Notes: generated by a model not told the origin, from the sequence alone. DNA of 64,000 nt from Opitutaceae bacterium (GCA_025360455.1 JANYCF010000328.1:4451-68450), one strand, 5' to 3'; shown: positions 46,901-55,992, numbered from the stretch's first letter. Program-made: numbers and translations.

Positions 46901-47541
46901 CTGCTGCTCTGGTGCAGCCAGGAGACGACACGGCAAAACCGGCGGTGCCCGATCCGGACAAAATGCCCGGGAAGTTGCTCGCCGTGTTGCGGGAGCAAGT
47001 GGATCAATTTCGCAAAGTAGGAAAGCTGGATGTGGCGCGGGATTTGGGCGTGCTGGTGCAGTTCTTTCAGGATTTGGCCGAAGGCAAAGATGCACCCGTG
47101 ACCAATGCATCGGGCACCGGTCCGATCCTTTGCCGGATCTTGGCTGAAAATAATCAGGGAAAATCACTGGGCAACACCGCGCTGTTTGATCGGAATTTCG
47201 CCGGGCTCTGCGCGTTGTTGGCGGAAATCGCGACGCCGATTTGCGTTGAACTGGGGGACATTTTCGAGGGGCTCGCCACCCTCGCCTCACAAAATCTGGA
47301 GCAGAATAGAGCGATGGAATTGGCGGCGCGACTGCTCACTTATCCCTCGCCGACCGAAGCGGTCAGGCGGCACAGTGCGGATCTTGACCGGAAAGTTTTG
47401 GAAACCCTGAAACGGGCCGCCACGACGGCCAAGGCCAATGGGAACGCCGCCTATTGTCTGCGCCTGGAGACGCTTAGTGTGGCGATTCAAACTGAATTGG
47501 TGGCGAAAGAAAGCCGCAAACCGATGTGTGCTGTGGCCTGA
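43972..47541 (+). CDS. Multidomain glycosyltransferase: GT4-like + helical/TPR-like + GT2 + helical tail
   Basis: N-terminal GGGQTV, FIGRTEGFKGPD and LPSRMDTFNLTALES (GT4); GIIVSLYKA...FVDSHS and FLGVDE (GT2). Confidence 0.88.
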   Translation: MNVLLIEFDLYKSVGGGQTVYKRLIESNPKITFFYFGVREEAAAIRPANARLVPHQVVYPFRSLTGEFTALDLPVWAHLDYLGAANMAASVAHLSIDVVDIPDYKYFGYFLAPALRRHGQKHCKIVVALHGNLSETQRVNWSSHDVLEISVDQREQWQYRTADSRYGISRDYLDHWQSIAGVAGHYLHPLRFLSPPKILKWNRTEAGVSLNFIGRTEGFKGPDLFVELLTWLPAKSYQTARIIGPGVVDAQGVSSTVHLQRMAARRGLQIQHHACMTKGELAEIYSGRGLTVLPSRMDTFNLTALESFYAGCPVAVSGKAGVCRFMRDTYPEIPFATLDVDRLHSSGPVLLKLIDDYDRQRDKLTKAMESAEPLVTGLDLQQIYESGDTGEVFLKQQAESLYDRVAAFYHRNRISAGQRIAAAGVRGCDALRNHLEGFKGTGQVLEQNAWPLHRQLFYLPEGTPQEINRKTGFAADITRAVQIDRARGWAELARLERVRGNDFVAATYEIRIMRALGEDRSGMLPWVMAILNEQGYPQEAKTVLALYGPREQRLERSRELLTAAHDNHRQVPDRPYQFIADGRTTQTPKVGIIVSLYKAANKLETFLRMLSQQEWVMNGQAELVFVDSHSPTNEYEVFQRMSAALGIKAVYARTEERETIQKAWNRGILLARAPYLSFLGVDEMVRPDCLSVLAGELDADPALDWVQGNSVITEVNPQGTLLRDVMIYQRIPYEQDLVYLETCYLSWVGGMYRKSIHDRCGYYDESFGAAGDTEFKNRVLPFIKSKTVPQTLGVFLNYPEERTTQSPRAEVEDLRAWYLHRSVAGVEYALARRKPEEALTLLKKTLGYRKSYCGHQSTDLEYAQALALFAAPKLPGQKLDQVVLALGRALQGYRELEWLPVASPRSGVRELKRVQQLAVNEARIIQSCLDLGDSLPWLIFNDNRYEQHAQPWEGKALAEHFLPEERCCWMRTKEPVAAALVQPGDDTAKPAVPDPDKMPGKLLAVLREQVDQFRKVGKLDVARDLGVLVQFFQDLAEGKDAPVTNASGTGPILCRILAENNQGKSLGNTALFDRNFAGLCALLAEIATPICVELGDIFEGLATLASQNLEQNRAMELAARLLTYPSPTEAVRRHSADLDRKVLETLKRAATTAKANGNAAYCLRLETLSVAIQTELVAKESRKPMCAVA

Positions 47542-47599
47542 TCCTTCGCCTTTAAAGAAAACAGTTTGGCCGAATTTTACCCGCTACCCTCATTTCACT

Positions 47600-48748
47600 A
47601 TGATTACTTCCTCTCCTCAATTCATTCCGACCGTTTCCACGGAGAAATATTTAAAAGACTTGGTGGCCCAATATCCCAAGGATACGGAGGCCAAGCGCAA
47701 ACTGGCGCGCTTCTGGTTTGTGGAAGGGAAAATTCAGGATGCCGCAGAACTCTACGCGCAAATTTTGAAGGTGCATCAACACGACTACGAGTCCTTGAGT
47801 TTTCTGGCCCACCTGTATTTGGAGCGCGGCATTGCGGATCATGCGGTCGCGCTGTTTAACGCGATGCTGGCCATTAAACCCCATGACAAGGCGGCGCGCT
47901 ACCACCTGAGCGCGATGTCGGCGTTGTTGGAAAGGGGGAAGACGACGGATAAGTATGCCGCGCTCTATGAAAAGATGATCGGCACGGATGATCAGTGTCC
48001 GGCACTGGGCCTAAGCCGGGAAAATATTCCCGTGCTCATCGAAATGAACGGCGATCTTTTATGGCTACCCGGTGACTTGCTCCGTTTTCTTTGGCATACG
48101 GTGAGAAAACCTCTCACCACTCCGGTCCCTTCCTTTCTCGCGGAAACCGATCATTATGTCTGGGTGCGGGACCGGATCAAACCGGGGGATGACGTCCTCG
48201 ATATCGGTTCCAATTTGGGAATATTCGCCACGATGATGGGCGCCCGGGTGGGAACGGGAGGCCGGGTTTTTGCCTTTGAGCCCAGTGCGCGCATCGCCTC
48301 GGATTTACGTCGGGTGCTCGCTCTCAACGAACTGAAACAGGTGACGGTGACAGAGGCGGCGGTTTCTAATCAGAATGGGGAGGCGACGTTTTGCGATATA
48401 GAGGAATCCGATGTGCGCCGCGAAGGCAGCCATTTGAGCGATGAGTTATTTGATCGCGTCACGAGTGAGCATCAGCAGAAGAAAGTCGTGGTGAAAACGG
48501 TGGTGCTCGATGATTTCGTGGCGGGGCACAACCTCCGTCCCTCGGTCATTAAGATCGATGTGGAAGGAGCCGAACATCTCGTGCTGGCCGGCGCAGAAAA
48601 AACCATTGCCGCCTATAAGCCAAAGCTAGTCATCGAAATTCATCCCAAAACCAAAGACGGTCCGCTCGATCCGGGGCCGCTCCTCGAGTATCTCAAGCGG
48701 TTTGGCTATGAGCATAAATCGGAGAGCAAGACGTATTACTGTTGGTAG
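47600..48748 (+). CDS. FkbM-family methyltransferase with an N-terminal TPR
   Basis: VLDIGSNLG, VFAFEP and IKIDVEGAE; TPR-like KLARFWFVEG..DAAELYAQIL. Confidence 0.92.
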   Translation: MITSSPQFIPTVSTEKYLKDLVAQYPKDTEAKRKLARFWFVEGKIQDAAELYAQILKVHQHDYESLSFLAHLYLERGIADHAVALFNAMLAIKPHDKAARYHLSAMSALLERGKTTDKYAALYEKMIGTDDQCPALGLSRENIPVLIEMNGDLLWLPGDLLRFLWHTVRKPLTTPVPSFLAETDHYVWVRDRIKPGDDVLDIGSNLGIFATMMGARVGTGGRVFAFEPSARIASDLRRVLALNELKQVTVTEAAVSNQNGEATFCDIEESDVRREGSHLSDELFDRVTSEHQQKKVVVKTVVLDDFVAGHNLRPSVIKIDVEGAEHLVLAGAEKTIAAYKPKLVIEIHPKTKDGPLDPGPLLEYLKRFGYEHKSESKTYYCW

Positions 48749-48835
48749 CAGCGGGGCGGGTGCGGTGCAGGGAAATTGCGGGCGCAGGTAGGCGCGAGAC
48801 ATGTTCTGTCTGATTCCCGCTTTGGATTTCTGTTG

Positions 48836-48900
48836 GTAGGGTACGTTATTCCTTAACGCGCCAATTAATCGTCGCGCGGATTAGCGATAATCCGCCCTAC
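48836..48900. repeat. REP-like inverted repeat (GTAGGG...CCCTAC)
   Basis: GTAGGGTACGTTATTCCTTAACGCGC...GCGCGGATTAGCGATAATCCGCCCTAC between convergent operons. Confidence 0.7.
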
Positions 48901-48949
48901 CAAGAATCTCATGGATTCTTCGCTGTTTTCAGTGGGTCGTGGGTCTGGC

Positions 48950-49036
48950 TCGGAGTCGCTACAGGCCTCTGTGCCTGTCGGGTTCGATGACGCGCGCCGC
49001 ACTCGGCAGGCAGGGACGCCTGCCGTTACTCCGAAC
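48950..49036. repeat. REP-like doublet, family A variant
   Basis: TCGGAGTCGCTACAGGCCTCTGTGCCTGTCGG...CGGCAGGCAGGGACGCCTGCCGTTACTCCGAAC. Confidence 0.82.
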
Positions 49037-49127
49037 TGATCCAACGGAGGTGCGACAACCGATGGGCAACCTTCTGCACCCACTGGAAACTGCGAGGAAC
49101 TATTCAACGCAGTGGCCGCGCCCTGTC

Positions 49128-50258
49128 TCATACATGCGTGAACCAGAATGATCCGCCTTCGCGCCAAACGCCCGGATCGCCGACTCCGGGCAGCAGCGTC
49201 GGCTCCAGGCAGTCTTTGAGTCCCTCGGTATGCCCCAGATATTGGGAAGGCATGAGTATCTTGATGCGATCACCCATGCCGAGCAGGTAGACGGCCAGCA
49301 TGTACTGCTCGCTCCAGTACCAGTTCTTCGCCCACTCGGGATAATCAAACGGCAGCACGATGTCGTGAATGTGGACGATCACACCGGGCTTCAACAGGGG
49401 CAGCACATCCAGAAAAAATACCGTCACATCCGAATTCATAAAACAGCGGTGGCTGCCGTCCATGAAAACAATATCCCCCGGCTGGAGATCAGCGAAGACT
49501 TGGAGGTTGGGCAAAGTTTCGAGTCCGTCGCGGAGGACTTCGTCGCAAATACTGTCGATCGCGGCACGAGGCTCCGGGTCGATGGACAGAATGCGGGTCG
49601 GCAAGCCGTGGTCTTTGACCGCGCGGCGGGCAAAGCAGGTCGTGGCGCCGGAACCGATTTCCAGATACGTGGCCGGGCGATGTTTCCAGACGAAGTAGTA
49701 GAGCAGGGCCAGATCGAGCGCATTGATCGGCGCTCCCACCCAACCCGGTTCCGGGGCGGTTGCTCCGGAATAGTCCGGGCGAATTTTGCCGAGGTGCGGC
49801 ACGAGCGTCCGCAATTCGGCAATCAGGTTTTGATACTCGCGGTGGTTGCGCGCGAACAGGGCGGAGAGTCCGGCATGGGCCGGAATGCTGTAGCCCCAGC
49901 GCAGGCTCATGTTGCGCGAGGGCGGATAATCCAGGGGAAGGGCATACTTGGCATAGCGGGTGCCGGGCAGCGGTTGCAGCGCATGTTGCTGGGGCCGGCC
50001 GTTGCGCACCGCGATGCGACCGAGCAGTCTCAGTGTCTCCTGATTTTTGCGGTCAAGGGCGATCGAGCGCCAGGCGGCTTCTTCTGCTTCTGGTTTACGC
50101 CCCAAAGCGAGCAGAAGTGTGCCCAAGGAGGTCAGGAGATCGGGTTGCTCGCCATTCTGGGCGATGACTTCGCTCAGATAGCGGCAGGCGCCCGCGAGAT
50201 CGCCCGTCGAGACGGCGTCTTCATATTGGCTCATCAAAGTCTGGAGGGTAGTATTCAT
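49128..50258 (-). CDS. Class I SAM methyltransferase (Methyltransf_24-like) with an N-terminal TPR
   Basis: YLEIGSG.TT, SIDPEPR, FMDGSH and GVIVHIHDI.LPFDYP. Confidence 0.88.
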   Translation of the reverse strand: MNTTLQTLMSQYEDAVSTGDLAGACRYLSEVIAQNGEQPDLLTSLGTLLLALGRKPEAEEAAWRSIALDRKNQETLRLLGRIAVRNGRPQQHALQPLPGTRYAKYALPLDYPPSRNMSLRWGYSIPAHAGLSALFARNHREYQNLIAELRTLVPHLGKIRPDYSGATAPEPGWVGAPINALDLALLYYFVWKHRPATYLEIGSGATTCFARRAVKDHGLPTRILSIDPEPRAAIDSICDEVLRDGLETLPNLQVFADLQPGDIVFMDGSHRCFMNSDVTVFFLDVLPLLKPGVIVHIHDIVLPFDYPEWAKNWYWSEQYMLAVYLLGMGDRIKILMPSQYLGHTEGLKDCLEPTLLPGVGDPGVWREGGSFWFTHV

Positions 50259-50423
50259 GGGGAAACTAGGGTCGGGGATGAGTGCTTTGCATGGCAGGGC
50301 GTGGTTTTAAAATATCGGCGTCACGCCGGGGGTGCAGAGTGGGTTGCGCTCGGTCAGCAAGGAATGTTGGAGGTGATGATGGTGGCAGTATTCATTTTTC
50401 CTGTCTATTTATAGTCACTATAA

Positions 50424-51254
50424 TTACTCGATGCGTATACCACTGGTCTTGATCGCATCTATGGCCCATTGTGCGCGCCAACGTTTCCAATCCTCTTCCA
50501 TCCCCGTGTAAGGTTGGCCCCACTCGCGAATCCTTGCTTCTACTTTTGCCAGCCGGCCAGTCGCCTCCCAGAGTGTGCCTCCCTTGGAACCGAAGCTGGA
50601 CGCTTTTTGGTAAATGCGCTGACAAGTGACCGGTGCGCTCGTGAAAACGACTCCATGTCGCGCCGGGAGCGCATGGTTCATCAAAAAATCAATCTGCGGT
50701 CCCAGGCTGAAATCAAAACCTCCAATCTCCTGCATGCAGTCCCGGCGCCAAATGCTGCTGCTGCCGGGCGCAAACATGTTCCCGCGCAGGAAGTCGCGAT
50801 AGCAATCCTCCGGCGGGATGTAGCCCTCGCGGGAAGCAGAGCCAAATTTACCTGTGACCTGATTTTGCTCGGCATCAAGCAACCCGACGACGCCAAAGAA
50901 ACCTGCAGCAGTGGGATGCTCGGCCAGCGCGGTCGCCGCCAAGGCAAGGAAGTGTTCGTTAAAGATGAAATCATCCGCGCCTTCACCAAAGATGTAAGTG
51001 CCGGTGACGCGTTCCAACGCGTTCTTTGTCGCGGCCATCAAGCCTTGATTTTTGGTGAAAAAGTGGGTTTTGAGCCGCGAATCTTTGGCCGCAATCCCAG
51101 CAATGATCCGCTGGCTGCCATCGGTGGAACCATCGTCAGTGATGACGACCTCGAAGTCGGTGAAAGACTGGCGCAACATACCAGCCAGGCACTGCGGCAG
51201 GTATTTCGCGTGATTGTAATTGCAGAGATAGATCGAAAACGTCGGTGCAGACAT
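50424..51254 (-). CDS. GT2 glycosyltransferase
   Basis: YLCNYNHAKYL, ITDDGSTD and GADD. Confidence 0.92.
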   Translation of the reverse strand: MSAPTFSIYLCNYNHAKYLPQCLAGMLRQSFTDFEVVITDDGSTDGSQRIIAGIAAKDSRLKTHFFTKNQGLMAATKNALERVTGTYIFGEGADDFIFNEHFLALAATALAEHPTAAGFFGVVGLLDAEQNQVTGKFGSASREGYIPPEDCYRDFLRGNMFAPGSSSIWRRDCMQEIGGFDFSLGPQIDFLMNHALPARHGVVFTSAPVTCQRIYQKASSFGSKGGTLWEATGRLAKVEARIREWGQPYTGMEEDWKRWRAQWAIDAIKTSGIRIE

Positions 51255-51290
51255 GGCAAGCAGTGGAGAGTGGGAAACTTGATGAGCGTT

Positions 51291-52532
51291 TCAGACCACG
51301 CGCATCTCCGGCAGTGGGACGATGAAGTGGCCACCTTGAGTCAAGTATGCCTGATTGCGCGCGATGATCATGTCGGCGAACCGCCAGGCGAGAATGAGTA
51401 AGTAATCTGGTTTGCGTTCGGCCAACGCGGTAGATGCTACAATGGGAATGTGATCGCCGGGGCTGTAGCGGTGCTGACGCACGGGATTATCGTCGACAAT
51501 GAAGTCCATGACACCGCCGAGGCCAAAGTGGTAGGTCAACACGGTCCCGGTGGCCGAGGCACCATAGCCTGCGATGGTTTTCCCCTCCGTTTTTAGCTTG
51601 GTGAGCAAATCGTTCAGACGAACCTTCGCCGCGTCGATCCGGTTGCCCCACGCGGTGTAGGTTTCCAGGCGATATAGACCGTACTCGTTCTCGAGGAGCA
51701 GGAGACGCGGGACCTCGGGTGATTCGACGCGCGGGCCGCCAGCCAGTTGGGCGTAGCAGCGGATCGTGCCTCCCTTGCTGGCAGTGCGCTCGACGTCGAT
51801 CAGCTGGAGGCCATGGCGCTTGAGGAAAATCTGGAGCGGTTTGACGGAGTGATGGCTGAGGTGTTCGTGGTAGATGAAGTCGAACACCATGTTTTCAATC
51901 ATATCAAGCAGGTACGATACTTCGAAAACAAACACACCGTTGGGTGCGAGGAGGGCGCGGATGCCGTCCGCCATGTCACCGAGGGTATCCGAGTGGGCGA
52001 AGACGTTGTTGGCGGTCACAAGTCCAAAGTCGCCGCGGGTGCGGCGGAGTTCCGTGCCGACCTGGCTGTTGAAAAAGCACGGCAGGGTTTCGATGCCTGC
52101 GGCGGTGGCGGAGGTGGCGACCTCGCTGGCCGGATCTACGCCGAGCACACTCAGGCCCTGGGCCTTGAGAAAAGAGAGCAGGGTGCCGTCGTTGCTCCCG
52201 ATATCGAGGGCGCGCGACCCGGGGGCGGGTTTCACCTTGCTGACGACATGGGTGGCGTAGTCGCGAAAATAATTCACCAGGCCCGGTGAGCTGGCGGTCG
52301 TGTAGATGTAATCCCCGAAGAGCAGTTTCGGCGACACCACGTCCAGCAGCTGGCCGTGGCCGCATGTTTCGCAAAGGTAGAGATTAATTGGAAAACGCGG
52401 TTGAGCGACGGAACGTTTTTCCTCCGTGATGAACGCATCGACTGGTGGACAATCCGTGAGCTTCAGGGCGAGCGGTACTTTAGGGCTGTCGCAAAGACGG
52501 CAGGTGTGACGGTGGTAAACGAGGGATTCCAT
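51291..52532 (-). CDS. NDP-sugar C-methyltransferase (TcaB9/KijD1/TylC3-like, Zn-binding)
   Basis: CRLC...CETC Zn site, LDIGSNDG, IYHEH and GYGASA. Confidence 0.9.
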   Translation of the reverse strand: MESLVYHRHTCRLCDSPKVPLALKLTDCPPVDAFITEEKRSVAQPRFPINLYLCETCGHGQLLDVVSPKLLFGDYIYTTASSPGLVNYFRDYATHVVSKVKPAPGSRALDIGSNDGTLLSFLKAQGLSVLGVDPASEVATSATAAGIETLPCFFNSQVGTELRRTRGDFGLVTANNVFAHSDTLGDMADGIRALLAPNGVFVFEVSYLLDMIENMVFDFIYHEHLSHHSVKPLQIFLKRHGLQLIDVERTASKGGTIRCYAQLAGGPRVESPEVPRLLLLENEYGLYRLETYTAWGNRIDAAKVRLNDLLTKLKTEGKTIAGYGASATGTVLTYHFGLGGVMDFIVDDNPVRQHRYSPGDHIPIVASTALAERKPDYLLILAWRFADMIIARNQAYLTQGGHFIVPLPEMRVV

Positions 52533-52544
52533 GGGAGAGTCGGG

Positions 52545-53354
52545 TTATTTTATTTTCCGGGTGGGCGGCGCTGCGGCATCGAGGGGAACGAGTTCCCGCG
52601 CGAGCGCCTCTTGGAAAACCAAGGTGAGGCCGCCGTCGACCACGAGGTCCTGGCCGGTGATAAAGGAGGAGCGGGGGCCGGCGAGAAACGTGACCGCTTC
52701 GACCACTTCGTCGGCGCGGCCTAGTCGGCCGAGCGGGATGATGCGTTGGTAAAGATCGACGAGCTTGGGCTTGGCGAGAATCACGTGTTGGGATTCCTCC
52801 TTGAGGAAGGTGCCGGGCGAGACGCTGTTCACACGGATGCCACGGGCACCGAGCGCGACGGCATAGTAGCGCACGATTTGGTTCAGCCCGGCTTTCGCGA
52901 CGTGGTAGCCGAGGGGCAGGTGCCGGGAAATGAGCGAGGCGTTGACGGAGCTCACGATCACGATCGCGGCATCGCGCAGGTTGAACTTTTGGACGAGCAT
53001 TTCAATCAGGGTCCGGGTGCCGGTCAGACTGGTTTCGATTTCCCCCTGCCAGGCATCGCCGGTGCCGCGGTAACGCTGGAAGAAAGCGACACTGTGAAGC
53101 GGGCCGCGCGCACGGGTGATCGCGGTGATCGCGGCTTGCAAAGCCACGGGGTCGTTCAGATCGGCCTGCCAGTAACGCCCGGCGTCCGGCTTGTTCCGGG
53201 CCGGGGAGGGTGGATTCCTCGCGAGTACTGACACGCGGTAACCTTCGGCGATCAGACGCCGTACGGCGAGCCGGCCCGCTCCACGCGTGCCGCCCACGAC
53301 GAGTGCGTGCCGCTTGCTTCGGAATGTTCGCGCAGTGGCCATCAGGTCAGACAA
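52545..53354 (-). CDS. Classical SDR oxidoreductase
   Basis: VVGGTRGAG, YHVAK (YxxxK), RVNSVSPG and ITGQDLVVDGG. Confidence 0.92.
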   Translation of the reverse strand: MSDLMATARTFRSKRHALVVGGTRGAGRLAVRRLIAEGYRVSVLARNPPSPARNKPDAGRYWQADLNDPVALQAAITAITRARGPLHSVAFFQRYRGTGDAWQGEIETSLTGTRTLIEMLVQKFNLRDAAIVIVSSVNASLISRHLPLGYHVAKAGLNQIVRYYAVALGARGIRVNSVSPGTFLKEESQHVILAKPKLVDLYQRIIPLGRLGRADEVVEAVTFLAGPRSSFITGQDLVVDGGLTLVFQEALARELVPLDAAAPPTRKIK

Positions 53355-54414
53355 GGACGGCGGTGCGTTGGTCGGCGGCTTCGCGCAAGGAGCGCATGAA
53401 GTCGGCGACGGCGGGCAGGTCGGTTTCAGCCGGCGCCCAGACGGCCCAGACGGTATCCTCGCGGCGGAACGGACCGGGTGTCGCCTCGTGAATCACGAGA
53501 CGTTCGGAGCGCATGATGATGGTGTGGTAGACAAATGCGGGTACGCGAATGTAGAACTGGCGACCGGTGCCTTCCGCGCCGAGCGGAATGATTTCAGTGA
53601 TCTTGCCCTGGGCGTCGAAGAAAATGAAATCGGCTTCACCCTCGAGGATGTGCAGCGATTCGTCCTTGTTAATATGCTTGTTTGGTTTCACGTAGGTCAT
53701 GTCCATGTAGACAACGAACATTTCGTGCAGCGTGTTCTCGAGTTCCTTGTGGGTGCAAAGGCGCACACGTTTGCGGGCGGTGGTTTGCACCGTCTGTTTC
53801 AGAAATTCGATTTCCTTGCGGCCGATGCTGACGACCGCTTGATCGGCGACGAAGACCTCTTCGCCGGTGCGCTTCATCTGCAACATCGGGCGTATGGCGC
53901 GGGGCGTAAGACGCAGCTTGTCGAGGAATTTGGCAACGGCGGCTTGATTGGCATCCTCGGGCGACCAGGCGGAGAACACGGTGTCCTCGCGCTTGAACGG
54001 CCCAGGCGTGGTCTCGTGGATGGCGATGTCGTCGGAGCGGATGAGCAGCGCGTGCTCGGTCGAGGCCGGGATGCGGCAGTAGAATTGGTAGCCGGAACCA
54101 TAGGCGCCGAGGGAAACGACATCGGTGACGGAGCCGTCCGGGCCAAAAAAGAAATAGTCGGCTTCGCCTTCGAGCAGGTGGAGCGATTCGTCTTTGCCCA
54201 CGTGGAGGCTGGGGCGGACGTAGTTCGTGCCCGTGAAGGCGATGAACATTTCATGCATGCGGTCTTCATTGGTCTTGTGCATGCAGGCGCGCACGCGCCC
54301 TTTGGGCGACTGTTCCAGATGCTGGCGGAGAAAAGCGGCGTGATCCTGACCGACGCTGGGGAAAGTTTCCTCGGTGATGAACACTTCGGGACTGACGGGA
54401 CGTAGTTTATGCAT
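53347..54414 (-). CDS. Tandem WbuC-family cupin protein (two cupin repeats)
   Basis: RVRACMH...HEMF...YVRPSLH..KDESLHLLEG repeated as RVRLCTH...HEMF...YVKPNKH..KDESLHILEG. Confidence 0.85.
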   Translation of the reverse strand: MHKLRPVSPEVFITEETFPSVGQDHAAFLRQHLEQSPKGRVRACMHKTNEDRMHEMFIAFTGTNYVRPSLHVGKDESLHLLEGEADYFFFGPDGSVTDVVSLGAYGSGYQFYCRIPASTEHALLIRSDDIAIHETTPGPFKREDTVFSAWSPEDANQAAVAKFLDKLRLTPRAIRPMLQMKRTGEEVFVADQAVVSIGRKEIEFLKQTVQTTARKRVRLCTHKELENTLHEMFVVYMDMTYVKPNKHINKDESLHILEGEADFIFFDAQGKITEIIPLGAEGTGRQFYIRVPAFVYHTIIMRSERLVIHEATPGPFRREDTVWAVWAPAETDLPAVADFMRSLREAADQRTAVLV

Positions 54415-54444
54415 GGGGATTGGAGCTGAGGGTGAAGGGAAGGT

Positions 54445-55269
54445 TTAGCTGAAACGGACAATGGGACGCTTGGTGAGTTTGAACTTCACGGCCTGCTGGA
54501 GATGCAGCTGGCGCTCCTCGGGCGAACGATATTGAAACTGGTTGGGGGTCAGGTCGCTGGTGGAGTCCGGGCCCTTTTCGGCGATACAGATGGTGAAATA
54601 TTCGCAAGGTGGACCGAAGAACTGGCCATTGGCCATCACCTGATCACCTTGGATCTTGATCGGTTCCCAGAGAGTCCATTCCAGTCGGCTGTTCCACTTG
54701 TCGGGGGTGGGGAAGGTGGCGAGGTAGGTTTTGCAGTCGGCAAAGTTGTTCACTGAATAGTAGTCGTGAAACCAGTCTGGCGGGAAGGTGAGATAGGGGC
54801 CGTTCACCCGGGTGCCGTGCTCAAGGTGGACAATGCGTCCACCGGGTTTGAGCATACGGCTCATGTTGCGGAGGCTGGTTACCGGGTCCCAGACGTTGTC
54901 GAGCACGCTGCCGTTGTAGATAAAGTCGAAACGGTTTTCCAATTCGGGGGGAATGGGCCGGTTAAGATCCCAGACAATGTCAGCCCCCTCGAAATTACTG
55001 TGGTCGAGGGAACGGAGCTCCCCCGTGCTGAACGAACCGAAGAACGACTTGTCGTCGATGAACTGATCCATGTCCGAGTTTGTGGTGGAACGGTCGATCT
55101 GGATTTTTTCGGGAGGTGGACAGGGCAGACCTTGTTGTTCCAAAAAGGTTTTGAGCAGGGGGGGCGTGATGTGGATCGTCTGCCGGCCGATGGTGAGGAT
55201 CTGGCCGGTGATATTTTTGTACACATGCTCACGAATGATATACTGTCCGACTTGGGGGAGTAAGCCCAT
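54445..55269 (-). CDS. Methyltransferase-like protein
   Basis: SLDHSNFEGADIVWDLN and FDFIYNGSVLDNVWDP...LKPGGRIVH. Confidence 0.72.
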   Translation of the reverse strand: MGLLPQVGQYIIREHVYKNITGQILTIGRQTIHITPPLLKTFLEQQGLPCPPPEKIQIDRSTTNSDMDQFIDDKSFFGSFSTGELRSLDHSNFEGADIVWDLNRPIPPELENRFDFIYNGSVLDNVWDPVTSLRNMSRMLKPGGRIVHLEHGTRVNGPYLTFPPDWFHDYYSVNNFADCKTYLATFPTPDKWNSRLEWTLWEPIKIQGDQVMANGQFFGPPCEYFTICIAEKGPDSTSDLTPNQFQYRSPEERQLHLQQAVKFKLTKRPIVRFS

Positions 55270-55317
55270 GATGTTATGAGGAGTTGATGTTGGGATGGAG
55301 AAAGGCGGTGTGGCAGC

Positions 55318-55992
55318 TCAGGCGCGGCGGTCTGAGCCGATGGCGAAAAGATAATGGGCCATCTTGTGATAGCCGGTGTGCACGACCTCATCGTTCATCG
55401 AGAAGAGAAAGACGTTGTGGAAATACCGGGCCATCAACTGGCGGAATTCGTCACCGGACTTGCAGTTCACATGACCAGCCTTGCTACCGGGAGAAGCATA
55501 GGTCTGGGACTCGAGCGACGGCGAACCGAGGATGCACACGCCGTGCGGCCCGAGTGATTTCACCATGTTGCCGACGAAACGGTCCTCGTCCTCGGCATGG
55601 ATGTGCTCGATCACATCCACGGCATAGACGCCGTCGAACGGGCCGTTCACGGGGCCGGTCAGCATGTCATGGGTGAAACATTCGAACGGCCACGCTGGGT
55701 CTATCCGGCGGTTGACGTCTTCCACGAACACCGGATCGAAATCGGTCGCGGTCAGTGCCTTCACTTCCTGGCGCACCACGCGGGTGCCGAATGCATCGGC
55801 GCAGCCAACTTCCAACACGCGGTTCATGCCCGAAAACATTTTTGAGACGAACTTGTAGCGGGCGAGGACGAAGCCGAGCCGGCGTGGATCGTCGTGCCAG
55901 ACCTGATTGCTCATCAGGCCGAACTCGGTGCGGCGTTGCTCCGCCAGCTCGAGGCAGCGGTCGTATTGCGGTTCTTTGGTGTGAGTGATCAT
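55318..55992 (-). CDS. Class I SAM methyltransferase
   Basis: VLEVGCADAFG, ATDFD and FDGVYAVDVIEH. Confidence 0.88.
   Translation of the reverse strand: MITHTKEPQYDRCLELAEQRRTEFGLMSNQVWHDDPRRLGFVLARYKFVSKMFSGMNRVLEVGCADAFGTRVVRQEVKALTATDFDPVFVEDVNRRIDPAWPFECFTHDMLTGPVNGPFDGVYAVDVIEHIHAEDEDRFVGNMVKSLGPHGVCILGSPSLESQTYASPGSKAGHVNCKSGDEFRQLMARYFHNVFLFSMNDEVVHTGYHKMAHYLFAIGSDRRA

Noticed and set aside
50354-50395. 13-codon minus-strand ORF MNTATIITSNIPC sharing ATGAATACT with the downstream gene start
   Set aside because: A 9-nt match and a tiny ORF are compatible with chance; no attenuator structure is evident.
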